Assembly (NCBI GenBank): GCA_951406725.2
Contig: OX597815.1
Coordinates: 172,422,001-172,486,000 of the forward strand
Direction of reading: 5' to 3'
DNA: 64,000 nt
DNA from: Octopus vulgaris
Lineage: Eukaryota
Of this stretch, positions 1-15,090 are shown piece after piece; within the stretch, counting starts at the first letter, position 1; every line of letters starts with the position of its first letter. The notes under the pieces were generated by a model. It did no database searches, had not been told where the DNA came from, and saw only the letters and a program-made list of their open reading frames with translations. The position numbers were made by a program, and so were the translations under genes.

Positions 1-1135
1 ATGTATGAGAAGGAGATACATGGAGAACCAGAGGATTAGAAAATAATTTTCTGTATATATGAGTATACATTTGTGTGTGCATAACAGAATGGATGACTGA
101 GAAGATAAGAGAAAAAGTGGAATCTCTCATCAACATTATTCAATGATGAATTCATAAATGAATTTTATTATTGTAACAGAATCTAAAATAGAAACACATT
201 CTGTTGTATTCAATACACAATACTCAGTTATAGGATACAATAGGATACAAAATGACTCTCTAGACACACTTTCAGTTATGAAATATTTTCTTGTAATGAG
301 ATGCAGGTATGGTTGTGTAGGTAAGAAGTTTAACTTACAACCACATGGTTTTTGTTCAATCTTGCTATGTTGCACGTTGGATAAGTGACTCTTGGTTTGT
401 TAATCGATGCCTTGTGAGTGAAACTTGGTTGACAGAAACTGTACAGAAGCTTGTCTTATGTGTCTGTCTGTCTGTATGTATGTATATATGAATAGTGACA
501 TCATCATCATTGTTTTAATGTCTACTTTTCCAAGCTTGCAAGGGTCAGTGCACACACACACACACACACACATTTATATTAGATAATAAAATGAATGATT
601 TATACCTGGTAGCTTACTGGTAAATAACGATCACTTTCACAGTGTTTGTTATGTATTTGGTTAATGAGACGGAAGATAAAAGATGAGAATTTTTATTAAG
701 TGCATCCAACTGTGCAGATGTGTCTCTTCAGGGGATAAATAGATATAACTCATTAAAATAGCAGTTCAGCATAAGAAACCGATAGAATAAGTACCAGGCT
801 TACGAAGAATAAGTCCAGGAGTCGATTTCTTTGACTAAAAGGCAGTGCTCCAGCATGGCCACAGTCAAAATGACTGAAACAAATAAAAGAAAAAGAAGAA
901 TGAATAGTGCCAATTATTGTTGGGTCCTTGGGAACAGTATCAGAAGGAATCAAGAGGAATATAAAGTAACAATTCAAGTTAGTAAGATGCCCTGGTGCAT
1001 TTGTTCCAGATCTTTGCATACTGACAGCAATGCCTACAATAACAACAGCAGCAGCAGCAACAAAAACAATACATTTATAAAATAGATAAAAAGAAAAAAT
1101 AATTATATCTCATAATAATTATAAAATAATTATAT

Positions 1136-1535
1136 AGGCGCAGGAGTGGCTGTGTGGTAAGTAGCTTGTTTACCAGCCACATGGTTCAGGGTTCAGTCCC
1201 ACTGAATGGCACCTTGGGCAAGTGTCTTCTACTATAGCCTCGGGCCGACCAAAGCTTTGTGAGTGGATTTGGTAGACAGAAACTAAAAAGAAGCCCGTCG
1301 TATATATGTATATATATATATGCATGTGTGTGTTTGTCCCCCTAGCATTGCTTGACAACTGATGCTGGTGTGTAAGTCCCCATTACTTAGCAGTTTGATA
1401 AAAAAGACTGATAGAATAAGTGCTGGGCTTACAAAAGAATAAGTCCCGGGGTCGAGTTGCTCGATTAAAGGCGGTGCTCCAGCATGGCCACAGTCAAATG
1501 ACTGAAACAAGTAAAAGAGTAAAGAGTAAAAGAGT
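1136..1535 (+). mobile_element. tRNA-derived SINE family A, full length
   Basis: Pol III A/B-box-like head (gtggctgtgtggtaag...gggttcagtccc), ccttgggcaagtgtcttct core, internal (TA)/(TG) microsatellite, tail gactgaaacaagtaaaagag; many copies in the window. Confidence 0.9.
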
Positions 1536-1764
1536 CAAAAGTTCTTTAGCAGGCATCAAAAATGATGAGAAAACGAATTCATTGACCAAGATGGGCCAAG
1601 ATGGAAAAGAATGGCACAATCAAGAAAGAATTGGAAGTACATTGTGACTACTTACGTATAACAACATATATATGACAGTGATACAGTGATATTGAATTAT
1701 AGAATTTGTACCATGAAATTGGATAGGTATGACATGATTTTTTTCTGTTTTGTTTTAATTCCAG

Positions 1765-1856
1765 GATTTGCATGGTTTTGTTATGGGAAACAGGACTATT
1801 CAGTTGTTTTTGAAATAAACTGCTTTGAAAATGTTATGTATGAATTACCAATCAAG
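1765..1856 (+). CDS. Gene A, first visible internal exon; WD40-like propeller protein
   Basis: Acceptor tgttttaattccag, donor gtaagg; (G)FAWFCYGKQDYSVVFEINCFENVMYELPIK; ends phase 0 and joins the next exon in frame. Confidence 0.8.
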
Positions 1857-4800
1857 GTAAGGCAAATGAAATAATAATTTTAAAAATAATTGCTTATTGT
1901 GTAGCAACCACATTAATTGTTTGTATTTTCAGGGTATTTGATCACACCGCATCATCCTCATCTTCTTTCCTTTTCCAGCTGGTGTATCCATGTATCTCCT
2001 CTTCAGCAAAGCACCTGTTCTTATCTATGTATCATAATCTTGCCTCTCAACACCTGACATAAACCACTTCCCTCAATACTACCGAATGTAGCTTGTCGAA
2101 TAGGCTGAGCATTACATAGAAGCTTTTTACTTGGTCATTCCTTTGATTGTTTGTTGTTTTATGTATGATCATGCATACATCAAATCTTTTCTAATTTGAG
2201 AAAGTTGTTTCATGTTTTGTTCCATTAAAATATTCTGTTTTTACTACACACCATTGTTAAGTTTTTATAAGGCGAATAGATCCATAATAAAGGAGAATTC
2301 ATTTGATCACCTGACAGTCCACAGATGTGGTCTAATTTTATTTTTAACCTCTGAATCCCAAAATATTGGTTTCAAATTTCGGCACAAGGCCAGCAATTTT
2401 GGGGATTTCTTCGACCTCAGTACTCAACTGGTGTTTATTTTATCGACCCCAAAAGGATGAAATGCAAAATTTGAACTCAGAACATAAAGATGGATGAAAT
2501 GCCACTAAGCATCAGGTCTCTAAAATACTGATACTTATTAACCAATGAGAAAACCTGTACATGGCTGTTCACCTCACAAGTAGTAACAACCAGATCTTCC
2601 CCAGATAAATCCAACCAGTTGAACAAAGAAAAAAGAAACGAAAAAGGAAAGGCAAATTAGATAATCTAGTTTTCGTTATGCTAAAAAAATATAGAATAGT
2701 CATAGATGGAGAACCTTTTGTCATAGACCTGTCCTGAGGCTAAACAACATTATTTACTTTACTTAAGCCCTTCACTCCCAATGGAGCATATGGAGCATAG
2801 GCTATCAATGACTTTTCTCCTCTATTCTTCACCCTGGGCTGTCTCCTGGTGGCCTTGCAGCTTCCTTTTGGATTTTAACTACACTTCATAAGGCCTTCCT
2901 TTCTTAGGTCTTGATAATTTTCGATGACATTGATGTTTCTGCAAAATTAATTTATACAAATGCAGTGTATGGTAATGAAAGAGTCAATCTACTTTTGGTT
3001 CTGTAAAGTATCAACAATTTATTGTATATTTTTGATAGCATGCTAACCTAGGGTGTGTAGTCAAAGATTTTAAGGTTTGCTTAAACACAAAAGCTGACAG
3101 TTACTTAAAGGTCAAATGACACATCTCACAAGGTCATATTTCCCCTTTGTTTTCATTTGTAACAAAGTCAATAACAGTTGTCACAGGTTTAGAAATTTCC
3201 TATGAGGGAGGGTGTTTGTTAATAAATATTTTCATTTTTCTTTTCTTGTCTGTTAATAGCACATGCTATGCCTTTTGTTTGTATCATTTGTTTGTAATAA
3301 TTTTCATATTCTAAAACAAAAGGATATTTTTTGTTTTGATTATATTTTTCTATGACCACTTAGACATGAAGCTTTGTTTAACAAAATTTAGTGAAATAGT
3401 TTACATAAAAAAAGCACAAAACAGGATTGTACCAGTGAACAATGATTTGGATACTGGAACATGCTCTTGTTGGCTAAAAATAATTTTCATTTAGATCCTA
3501 TTTATAAGTAAATACTGGAAAATAATTTTCTTTCATATTCTAATTTTTCTAAGATTGAAACTGAGAACCAGGAAACAAAATATAATAAAGAATGATTCAG
3601 ATTTTAAAGTACATATTTCAGATTTTTTATTAGAAATAAAATAATTTGTTTAAAATTTGTGGTTAGAAATAGTCATTTCTTTTTCGCTTCAATTTTTCTG
3701 ATTTATTTATTGAATTAGAAAAAGCAAAACTATTTCAATTTCTATGTGTTTATTTATTCACAACCAGATACAAATGTAATATACATGGATGTTTTCATCC
3801 AAAACACTATGTAAAAGCTAGGAATTAGGAAATGTTTCATAACAACAAATTGAACTTGTTCTAACCTGGTCTGTTTGGTTTCTTCTGGATTATAGGCAGA
3901 ATATTTATTTAATGGGTGAGAAAGGAAAGAAAAGCAAATATTACTTTTATTTATTTTTCTGAATGTAATTACTTGTAACAACAACAAAAAATAGACACAT
4001 ATTTTGAATAATTTCGTATAAATTTTAAAATGAAGAAATCAAGAAAAAGGAAGGGAAAATATATGGAAATATTGTTGAAGATAAATAAAATTTAATCTAA
4101 GGGGTACTTGGAAACATAGAGACTGGTGGTTAGAGAATTCATTCAGTTAATGCTAGAGATGGAAATGAACAAGTTCTAAACTGAGGATGCCATAACTTGT
4201 TTCAACCAATAGAAAAACAATTCACTATTTTGTTTTTGCTTTTTTCTTATCTGGACATGTTGCTTATATAAAATTACCATGGTGAGTGGGGAAAAAAAAT
4301 CAAAGATTTCGGACAGAGTCCTTCTTCAGGGTGAAGTTGAGAGGAGGGAAATAAAAGAAAGACAGCAGAGTTTTACATCCTCTGTTTGAAAAACTGGGTG
4401 CAACAAGCCTTGCCAACACAGACCACTACCAGCCTCTTTGAATTCTGATTTATCTTCTATACAATTATAGGCCATTTAAAAAGGACTAATGCAACAAGAT
4501 TGTAATCTTTGAACCTAAGCTGAATGCAGAGAGTTCATTTATTGAACTCAAACAGTTAATTCAGTGAACTTGAAATCCCACTCAGTTGTACCATCTTTAA
4601 CCCATAAAGCAGTGGGATTTGCACTTACATAGCATGGACTGCTGAGCACATTTTGTGAAAATAAAACTACCAGGCACACATAAAAAACAAAAAATAGTTA
4701 AAATATCTTCTTAGTGTAAAATGGTGGCAAGTTATACATCATCTGAAAAGTCATTAGTTGGACTATTAGTCCTCTTACATTCGGGGGGGGGGGGGCATCG

Positions 4801-5573
4801 CTGTGTTTGAGTGACGTTAAACTCCAACAAACGCCCATAAATTAAATGCATCTATCTGAGCCATGATTGTGGCCTGTCAACCTGTGCCAGACAGCCACAA
4901 TCATGGCCCATCACACTTTATGTGTTAAATGCACTGCCTTCATTATATTGGTTTCCTATCTATCCCTACACTCTTTGTACAGAGGTTATAGGACCTGATT
5001 TTATTTTTTATAATATAAGGGATGGTTGAAAGAAAAATAGGGAACTAGTTCTTAATGGACATTTTTTCACTGAATAGGTTCCTTACACAAATTTCTTGGG
5101 AATCCATCTGTAAGAAGTTTGTTAAAAACTTATACAAATTATTCTATAGCATAGCATAGTAATCATTCACATCCTGTAGCTTGAAAATATTAGAGAGAGA
5201 GTTTCTGCATATGGATGGCAGGTTATGTGTTATGATTTCATATTAATCAAAATTGCATAATAGTTATCTCCATGTATAATAGAATAAAAAGATAGACAGG
5301 CAAACAACAGGTATCAGGTCAGATTATGACATATTTATATTCATATAACACATAGAAAGAAACAAATCAAGGAATATAAGTCATGGGAGATCAGTAAAAG
5401 TTTCACTAAAGGGTGTTCATAATAGTTATGATGGAAACTGGTAGACTTCAGGAAGAGGCATAAGATAAGTCCATGGTATGGATGTGAAATAGTTTAGAAG
5501 ATAGGAGTTTATCACTAGTTCAACTGTTCGACCATGGTCGAGACAATGGAATTTACCATGCTACGCCAGACTT

Positions 5574-5640
5574 CACTAGTAAAAAAAACTAGTAAAAATC
5601 ACTAGTAAAAAAAACTAGTAAAAATCACTAGTAAAAAAAA
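5574..5640. repeat. ~26-bp tandem repeat
   Basis: cactagtaaaaaaaactagtaaaaat repeated about 2.5 times. Confidence 0.85.
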
Positions 5641-6083
5641 CCTTAAAACTGAAAAAGAAGAAAGGTGTACAGATTGTCCCTGTATTTTCCTCTCATTTGA
5701 TGACTATTCCTGCTACTTTTTTTTACTGTGTATTAGCCCAAAATCTACCTCATTTTTTTCTACCCTAATATATATTCTCTACAGTGATTGAGAAGAATAT
5801 TGAAGATTAACTATTTTGCTTTCCAATATAATCTGGTTGGATAAATGTTTATTTAGTCTGACTTCTGTACTCATCGAAAATTCTGTATATATACTATATT
5901 TTTCAATGTCTTAATTACCTTGCTCTATTTGTCTACACATCATTCACACTGAACACTGTCGCAATATTGTTAATTAAATGACTACAATTATTTTTTTTTT
6001 AATATTTCCTCCAGATTTTGCATTTTTAGTTTGTTAATAATTTAAATATTTCATTTGGGACAACTTTTTATATTTATTTTCAG

Positions 6084-6181
6084 TTTGATACAAAAGTATT
6101 ATGTTGTAAAGCAGTCAATCCAAATATGGTATTATTTGGCACGCTTTCATCAATGCTCTATGCTTATCAACCAGAATCAAG
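6084..6181 (+). CDS. Gene A exon
   Basis: Acceptor tatttattttcag, donor gtcagt; FDTKVLCCKAVNPNMVLFGTLSSMLYAYQPES(R); phase 0 to 2; not in the ORF track. Confidence 0.85.
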
Positions 6182-8474
6182 GTCAGTTTCTAATTCCTTG
6201 AAAAAAGTTATGAAATTATTTCAGCCAAATATATCTCTCATTCTTTTATTTTATTGACTTTTTACAATAACGACTTTTGCAATGTTTTCATCATTCTAAT
6301 ATTTAGTTATTATTTTTATATACTTTTTTGTAATAGCTTACCAACTACAAATGGTTTTAGTAGAAGGTGAAATGGGAAGGTGTTATGTTAGCGCTTCCCC
6401 CTTGGTGTTAGTAACATAAATGCAATGAAGCAGTTCCAACTGGGAATGAAAACTGGGTCACAAATGTATGCTCAAAAACTTACCATGAACTATGGTACCT
6501 ATTATATACAGCGGAATAATTCAATTTTTATTCATTTTTTTTTTGTTATTTATTAATAGTCATAATTTTATTAAAGTTTAGTATTCATTGGTTTCATGGC
6601 CTTGTAATAGTATCGAAGTAATGAATGCAAAATAAATATGCGTTGACAGAGTGATATTATTGAACTGATGATAATCTGTATTTTGGAAATCTAATTCGAA
6701 ATAAGATAGCTGCCACAATTGAACCCTGGCCTCTAATAAAACAAAGTCAAGGACACCAACTAGCTTAACTTGATAATTCCTACCCCACCACATTCATTTC
6801 ATATCCTTATAATAATAGCAAAATATATAAGTGTACTAAGTCAACAAAAGCTACATTTTGGAACATGATATGATCCCTAAAGGAAAAGAAAGAAGAAAAT
6901 ATTGCCCCAAACTGTGAAGGTTGTGAAAGTAGGCGTCAAGGAAACAAATGTAGACAATGAATCAACCCAACAGGTTCTGGGGTGGCGGAAGACGAAAAGG
7001 AAGAAGATGGTAATAATAATATTCATGGAGGGTTTTTATCTTAAAAAAATGGGGCATATTTATATCACCTTTTCTAGTAGAGAGCATACTTGTAAAATAA
7101 AGAGTGACTCGAAAAGGGAGATTGAGGAGAAAGTATTTAAAATACAGAAGTGCCTCAGCATGACCGCAGCTTTCGGGCTGAAACATTTTTAAGGATTTAA
7201 GGATTTTATTATCCTTTATGGTTTACTAAGTGGGCAGTTTTCAGCATTAGCTACTTTCAAGTAATCATGAAAATGGAATTAGATTCCTTTAGTTGTTTGG
7301 AGTAGCTACTCAAGATAACAATTCATTTACAGCATGTTCTGGAATAAATTTCAGACTCTGATAAAAATGCACTGATATGTGCTTGCACGTATATGTTTAT
7401 TTGATGCAGTTTATATGCATCTTGATTAGCACGTATTATACATATATGCTCCTTCACGTTCCATTCACCATTTTCTAGGTAAATGTAACTAAAAGGAGAA
7501 TGAAATGGAAGTCCTAAACGAAAAGGAAAATACACAAAAAGAGAAAGTGAGACAGAGAGAGAGAGAGAGAGTACAGAAAAAGGAAATGCTATTTTGGAAT
7601 TTCATTATAACTTTTTACTCTGAACCATAAAATTTCAAAGACTACAATTGCATTCATCATAACATACAATGATCAATTTTATAAGTGTAACAAATTCATT
7701 TAAAATCCCAATAATAGTTAAACTGAAACAAGGTTTTCTAATCTAAGAGCTCTTTAACAAAAATATCAGTTTATGACAATTTTCCTAGACTTTTATAGTG
7801 ATAGGTTTTATACTATCAAGAACATAGAAATGCACTTTGATATTTCTAAAGCACACAGAGTTAAAGGACAACTGTGATGAGCAAGATGTAAAGCATTTTA
7901 TTTCTGAGCAACTGAAATAAATATATAGATAAATGAATGAATAAATATGTCACACATACAAATAGATAACACAAAACATTTGAAAAATATCTTGAATCAC
8001 AACAAAATATGACACAAAAATTTAAGAGGCACCATTGTCTTTCTATTAAAGTCCTGAGATTCAACAATAATGTTGCTGCCTGAAGAATAATTACAAGCAC
8101 TAAAACAGCTGACAAGCCAAAACTTAAGTACATTACAAAAAATATACAACTCTAAAAGCCAAAAACTGAGCACGAAAAAATGAACATAATACAACACAAC
8201 GTTAATGGCTTACAAATATCTATCTCCATAGAAGTAAATAAAGAATTCATTACTACACACACACTCACAGATATGTATGTCCTATAAAGCATTGAATAAC
8301 ATATCTTGTTTTCTGCTTAATGATATGTGTGTGTGTGTGCATGGGAGTTTGGGTGTGCTTGTATATATATTTGTATGTATGCATGTATGTATGTATATAT
8401 AAGAAAGTATCTATGTACGTATGAGGGAAGGGTATCCAGCTGTAGAATATTGTACAAAGCTTTATCCAACCCAT

Positions 8475-8790
8475 GATAAGAAGCTTGCTTCCCAACTACA
8501 TAGTTCCCGGTTCAGTCCCAATGCATGGCATCTTGGGCAAGTGTCTTCTTTTACAGATTCGGGCCAACCGAAGACTTGTGGGTGGATTTGGTAGACGGAA
8601 ACTGAAAGAATCTCATTGTGTGTGTGTGTGTGTGTATCTGACAACAGATTTTGGTGTGTTCATGTCAATATAACTTAGTGGTTTGGCAAACAAGCACCAG
8701 GCTTTAAAAAAAGTACTGGGGGATCAATTCATTTGACTAAAATTTCGTCAAGATGGTCACAGTCTAATAACTGAAACAAGTAAGAGAGAA
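8475..8790 (+). mobile_element. SINE family A
   Basis: Same head, core and tail as 1136-1535, diverged. Confidence 0.8.
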
Positions 8791-8861
8791 AAGTTTAAAA
8801 AATAACAGTGGTGATGACAATGATGATGATCATCATGAGAAAGATGACAATGTTAATGAAA

Positions 8862-9178
<317 letters not shown>

Positions 9179-9694
9179 GGATAAGATTAAATAAGAAATG
9201 AAGAAATGAAGACGTACAGGATAAGATTAAATAAGAAATGGTACAAGCAAAGAACAATGCATCACAGTTCAACAGCTTACAACACCAAATCCAATGTTCA
9301 CACATAATTGAGAACTGCTGTTCTTATACATTAACACCAAATAATAAATTCGCTAGCATATATACATTAAACAGTATTGATTAAAATAAAGCTGTGTACA
9401 TTTATATTTAATATGATCATCATCTTCATCATCACCATCATCATCATCTGGCATCCATTGTCCATGCTAACATGGGTTTGACTGTTTGACCTGGGCTGGT
9501 AAGCTGAGGGGCTGTACCAGACTCCAGTCTCATTTGGCATGGTTTCTATGCTCTTCCTAATGCCAAGGATGTTCTTCCTAATGTCAATGTACACTCAAAT
9601 GATGAAAGACCTTTACTGCAGTAACTGTCTCAGAAAAGAAATTCTCCTTATAGATAGTATGTGTGAAAACACTCTGAGATGGACAATAAATAAT

Positions 9695-9896
9695 CTTTTC
9701 TGCTCTAGGCACAAGGCCTGAAATTTTGGGGGAGGAAGATTGAATCCAGTATGTAACTGCTACCTAATTTATTGACCCTGAAAGGATGAAAGGTGAAGTT
9801 GACTTCAGCGGAATTTGAACTCAGAACGTAAAGACAGACGAAGTACTGCTAAGCATTTCGCCCAGCATGCTGACATTTCTGCCAGCTCACCGCCTT
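9695..9896 (-). mobile_element. SINE family B (Meta/MESC-like core) with TSD
   Basis: Variant of the family core gcctttcatcctttcggggtcgataaa; 16-bp TSD atggacaataaataat at 9679 and 9897. Confidence 0.85.
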
Positions 9897-10659
9897 ATGG
9901 ACAATAAATAATGTCATCAGACTGTGTGACATGTTTTATCAGCATTATGCTTCATCAGCTGGATTAGTTGTTCATAGCTCACTTATAACTGCTGTTCTTA
10001 TTTGTAGACAGCAAATAATAACCCTGTAGGTAAACACAAAGCTTTGTCAGAAAGATGAAAAGCAAATACAATTTCAAAAGATTTTGAATTTGGAATGCTG
10101 AAAGATAAGGTTGTATACTGAAAAAAAAAAATTATTACAAAGAAGCAATAAAAGCAGTTATTGTATAATTTCTTCATGTTCTGAATCAAAAACATTTCAA
10201 AACTCTACAATTGCATTCATTATAACATACAGGGATCAATTTTATAAGTGTAATAAAATCATATAAAAACATCATAATAATTAAGCACAAAATAAAACAG
10301 AGTCACAAGTTAAGTTCCTATTTATGGTCAATATGTACAAAAGACAGTGTCAACAAGAACTGAAATAGAACCCAAATTAAGAAGCATCAATTGCTATTAA
10401 GTGCATTAGCAACAACAGCAAAAGCAGCCATTCAAGAATTTGGACCTGGAGATCTCCATTTCCAGCGACTTCGAGGGCCACCTCCCATTGGTGTCGGGCG
10501 TCAATGAAGAGCCCTTGACTACAAGACGACCAAAGTTTTTTTTTTATAAAGTCTGGGGTCTCCCGCCCCTAAGCCCTAGACCATCACCTAATCACCCTTA
10601 CTCGTCTTGTTGCTTAACAACAACAACAACAGCAGCAGCAGCAGAAGCAGTCATCGTTA

Positions 10660-10702
<43 letters not shown>

Positions 10703-10980
10703 TGCAGCAGCAGCAGCAACAGTAGCTTTTACAGTATAACATCTGAAGTAATTAGTATCCTTTTGTTCTTCAAAAGAATTTGGTATGGTGTGAAATGCAG
10801 TAAGTCTTCTATAACAAATTGATAAATAGATCTAAAGAAGCATTTATAAATAAAAGTGAACAGTGCCAACCGCTTTGTGACTGTACTTAAAAACCCTATA
10901 TTCAGACTCTGATCTGATGAACTGTTAAGGCCCCACCCTGTTTCTCTGTTTCCAGTAATCATCAACTCATAAAATACATA

Positions 10981-11018
<38 letters not shown>

Positions 11019-11167
11019 CACAGATGTATACACACATAGTCATTCACCCACTACTTGCTCACACAGAATTTATACAACTGAAACAGAAACTCATATACAC
11101 ACAGGACATGCAACGGTACATATGAAAAGGTCTACATAAATGTACATACTCTCATTTATGAATATGC

Positions 11168-11198
<31 letters not shown>

Positions 11199-11723
11199 TG
11201 TGCTCAATTATACTGAGAGAAAGAGACCATACATATACTAATACACATGCACACACATTCTGATAAACATCATCCTCATCCTAAATATGGTGGTGGTGGT
11301 GGTGGACAAAACTATATTTTACTTTGTCGAAGCTGGTCTTCATAATTAATCTGTCTGCACTAAAACTTACATGTTAGTATCAACTAAAGTATCATTTGAC
11401 TGTCTTTTGCTTATCATTGGAGTAGGGTATGAGGAGGATACAAATTTCAGATTGTTTACTGGTAGGAAATGCATTTCTTTGAATCTACTCCCCACCTCGG
11501 TATTGCTGAAGTCAGCATCTATGATCTTCAAAAGAGATAAATGTGCAGACATTTAATTAAAAATTTCAAAATTATATTTAGCAAAAGGGAAAAAAAAAAT
11601 TTTTTAGCATATTTCTTTTTTAAATTCAATTCCCATTTCCCTACAAAACCACCTCTTCAAAATCTATCTATCATTACACCACTCCCATCAACGTTATCAT
11701 CATTATCATAATCATAATCATAA

Positions 11724-11769
<46 letters not shown>

Positions 11770-11770
<1 letters not shown>

Positions 11771-12161
11771 GTGGCTGTATGGTAAGAAGCTTGCTTACCA
11801 ACCACATGGTTCTGGGTTCAGTCCCACTGTGTGACACTTTGGGCAAGTGTCTTCTACTATAGCCTCGAGCTGACCAAAGCCTTGTGAGTGGATTTGGTAG
11901 ACAGAAACTGAAAGAAGCCCGTTGTATATATGTATGTGTGTGTATATGTTTGTGTGTCTGTGTATGTCCCCACCCCAACATTGCCTTACAACTGATGCTG
12001 GTGTGTTTATGTTCCCGTAACTTAGTGGTTTGGCAATAAAGACTGATAGAATAAGTACTAGGCTTACAAAGAATAAGCCCTGGGGTCGATTTGCTCGACT
12101 AAAGGCGGTGCTCCAGCATGGCCGCAATCAAATGACTGAAACAAGTAAAAGAGTAAAAGAG
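11770..12161 (+). mobile_element. SINE family A
   Basis: Near full-length copy after (TAT)n. Confidence 0.9.
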
Positions 12162-13415
12162 AATAATAATCTTTACTACTATAGGTACAAGGCCTGAAAT
12201 TTTGGGGGAGGGGACTAGTCAATTACATCAACCACAGTATTTTGCTGGTACTTAATTTATCAACCCCCAGAAGGATGAAAGGCAAAGTCGATCTCGGTAG
12301 AATTTGAACAAAAATTATCAAAAATTGTTTTTATTTATTCTTCTTCATCATCATCATTGTTTAATGTCCATTTTCCATGCTAACATGGGTTGGACGGTTT
12401 GACTGGAGTCTAGGAAACCAGGAGGCTGTGCTAGACTTCAGTCTGATCTGGCAGTGTTTCTACGGCTGGATCACCTTCCTAAAGACCAACCACTCCGTGA
12501 GTGTAGTGAGTGCTTTTTACGTGCCACCGGCACAGGGGCCAGAGGAGACTGGCAAACGGCCACAATCGGTTGGTGCTTTTTATGTGTCACCGACACGGAG
12601 CCAGTCAGGTGGCGCTGGCATCAGCCATGTTCGGATGCTGCTTTTTACGTACTACCGGCACGGATATCTTAACTACATTTTCCATTTGATTTTTATTTGA
12701 TGTTGGTGTTGACGTACTTGACTCAATAGGTCTCCTCAAGCACTATGAGTCACTCTATGATCCAAGGTTAGCATAGCAAGCCATCCCGCAAGCCATGAAC
12801 TCGCTTCATTTGTCGGGTCTTCACAGTCACAGCATATCTCAGAGGTCTCGGTCTTTCTTCATCTCCATTCTCTAACATCTAATCTTCATTGCAAATCTCA
12901 CTTAACCTATTGTTGACAACAAACTTTCCACTCAATCATTGTTTTTTAAAACTTTCATTTTTAAACACTTCCCACCTTTCACTTTCCATATCTACAAACA
13001 AGGATGTTCCGATTGTCTTACTGAAAATAAGAAACCTTATAATGTTTTTGGTCGCTCTGTTTATACTGTGAGTATGGTGTCCAAAAGTTTTGTACTTAGA
13101 TTTATGATCCCATTTTAAAAACAGTAGAATGGTCAGTGTAGAGATTTGTTAGAATATATACAGAAATGTAGAAACTCCCTAGTTTGCAGGTCTTATTATT
13201 ATTGTTATTATTATATTTTAGGTGGCTAGCCGGTAGAATCATCAGCACAACAGGCAAAGTGCATAGATGCATTTTGTCGTTATGTTCTGAGTTGACTTTG
13301 CCTTTCATCCTTTTGGGGTCAATAAAATAAGTACCAGTGGATCAACGGGGTCAGTGTAATTAACTTATCCCCTCCCCTGAACTTACTGGCTTTGAGCCAA
13401 AATTTGAAATCATCA

Positions 13416-13482
<67 letters not shown>

Positions 13483-13983
13483 GGCAATGAGCTGGCAGAA
13501 TCATTAGCACACCAGGCAAAATCCTTAGTTGTATTTTGTTAAAGGTGGTGCACCAGCATGGCTACAGTCTAATGACTGATACAATTAAACAATAAAAGAT
13601 AAAAGATGAATATGCGTGTGTGTGTGTGATTCTGAATTAATACCTGTTAATACCTATTAAGCATGCTGTAAGTATGCATTAAACTTGCAACATCTAATGA
13701 AGTACAACAATCATTGATTTGTTGTACAGAAACTCTGAGTTCTGAACAATGACGATGACAACAGCATTGACAGCAGTGGTGGTGATGATGACAACAACAA
13801 CATTTTATGATTGTTCTGCAATGTATTCCAAATGAAGTGAAAGATAAATTAATAAACTTAGTTCAAGTTCCTTTTGACTTTGTGTTTTTTTGCCTCTGTT
13901 CACCCACATCTGTCTGGTTTTCACTTTAATGACTTTCTAACTTTTATCAAATTTAACCAGTTGTTTGTTTCTTACCAAACCAG

Positions 13984-14101
13984 GGTACAATTATGGGAAG
14001 TACGTCTTCTTGCAGCAGCAATGAGCTTAAATTACATCTCTAAAGAGAAGACTACAACTATTTTTGTGGGTTTATCAAATGGAAATATTGCTATTTTAGA
14101 G
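13984..14101 (+). CDS. Gene A exon
   Basis: Acceptor cag, donor gtaagt; VQLWEVRLLAAAMSLNYISKEKTTTIFVGLSNGNIAILE; phase 2 to 0; IFVGLSNG is a typical propeller blade motif. Confidence 0.9.
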
Positions 14102-15090
14102 GTAAGTCACGTTTTACTGGGTAAATAATACAACCTCTTTAAATTGTTTTTATATATAATAAAATATGGAAGGACTATAGGAAAATATTTTGGGACATGC
14201 TCTGTATGAAAACCAAATAAGATCATTGCTGATATATTGAATGTAGTGAGTTAACAGCTTAAAAGAAATATTAAAGAAAATATTTCTTCTGTATTGTTCA
14301 TAATTGATTTCTGATTACTCTATTAAAATTTCATGTTTGATTCTTCTGTCCTTGATTATACTACTAATGATTCACTTTTCCCCACAGGTCAACTTTTAAT
14401 TAATTAAAATTCATACTTACCATCAGTCACCCTAGCCCTGTACAACATTTTCTTCATTCACTTCCACCCTATGTTTGTATCCATTTCTCACTCTCCCCTC
14501 ACACTGTTGTTACCTTTCCCTTCACTACAGCCACTTCCATCTCTTTTCTCTCTTCTATTCACCTTCTGGGACATGTTACCATAAAGTATGTTCTGGCACT
14601 TCATCACCATCATATTTATCTCCCTTTCTGGCACCACTGCCCACCCATGTAAAATGCAAAGTAGCCGTGAACCTTTTCAACAACAAACCTTTCCCTACTC
14701 TTTCCATCAAACATTAACCTCTCAACACCTCACACAAAATGACCACCCTCCTATCCTTCTTCTCAAGAAGAGAGGAGAGGGTCTTCAGTCTTGTAGGTTA
14801 CAAGGCAACCATGCTAATGCTGACATCACAGAAAAATAAAAGCATCCTGTTCACTTTGTAAAATGTTTAGCATTAGGAAGGGCACCCAGTCATAGAAACC
14901 ATGCTAAAATTCAGGGACTTGTGGAAGATGTAGTCTTCTGGCTCATTGAATCTTACTTAACAATCCAACTAATACCAATATGGAAAGCAGAGGAAAAAAT
15001 CATGATGATGATTGTGGTGGTGGTGGTAATAATGAAAATGATGATGATGACGATGATGATTATGTCAGTCTGGCTGAAATGATTGAGCAT

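Noticed and set aside
1136-1210. tRNA-like sequences at SINE starts
   Set aside because: They are SINE heads with A/B boxes but no complete cloverleaf; not called as tRNA genes
9913-9965. Minus-strand CTGATGA-AGCA TAA TGCT-GATAAAACATGTC hammerhead-like string
   Set aside because: GAAA is interrupted and stem I cannot pair
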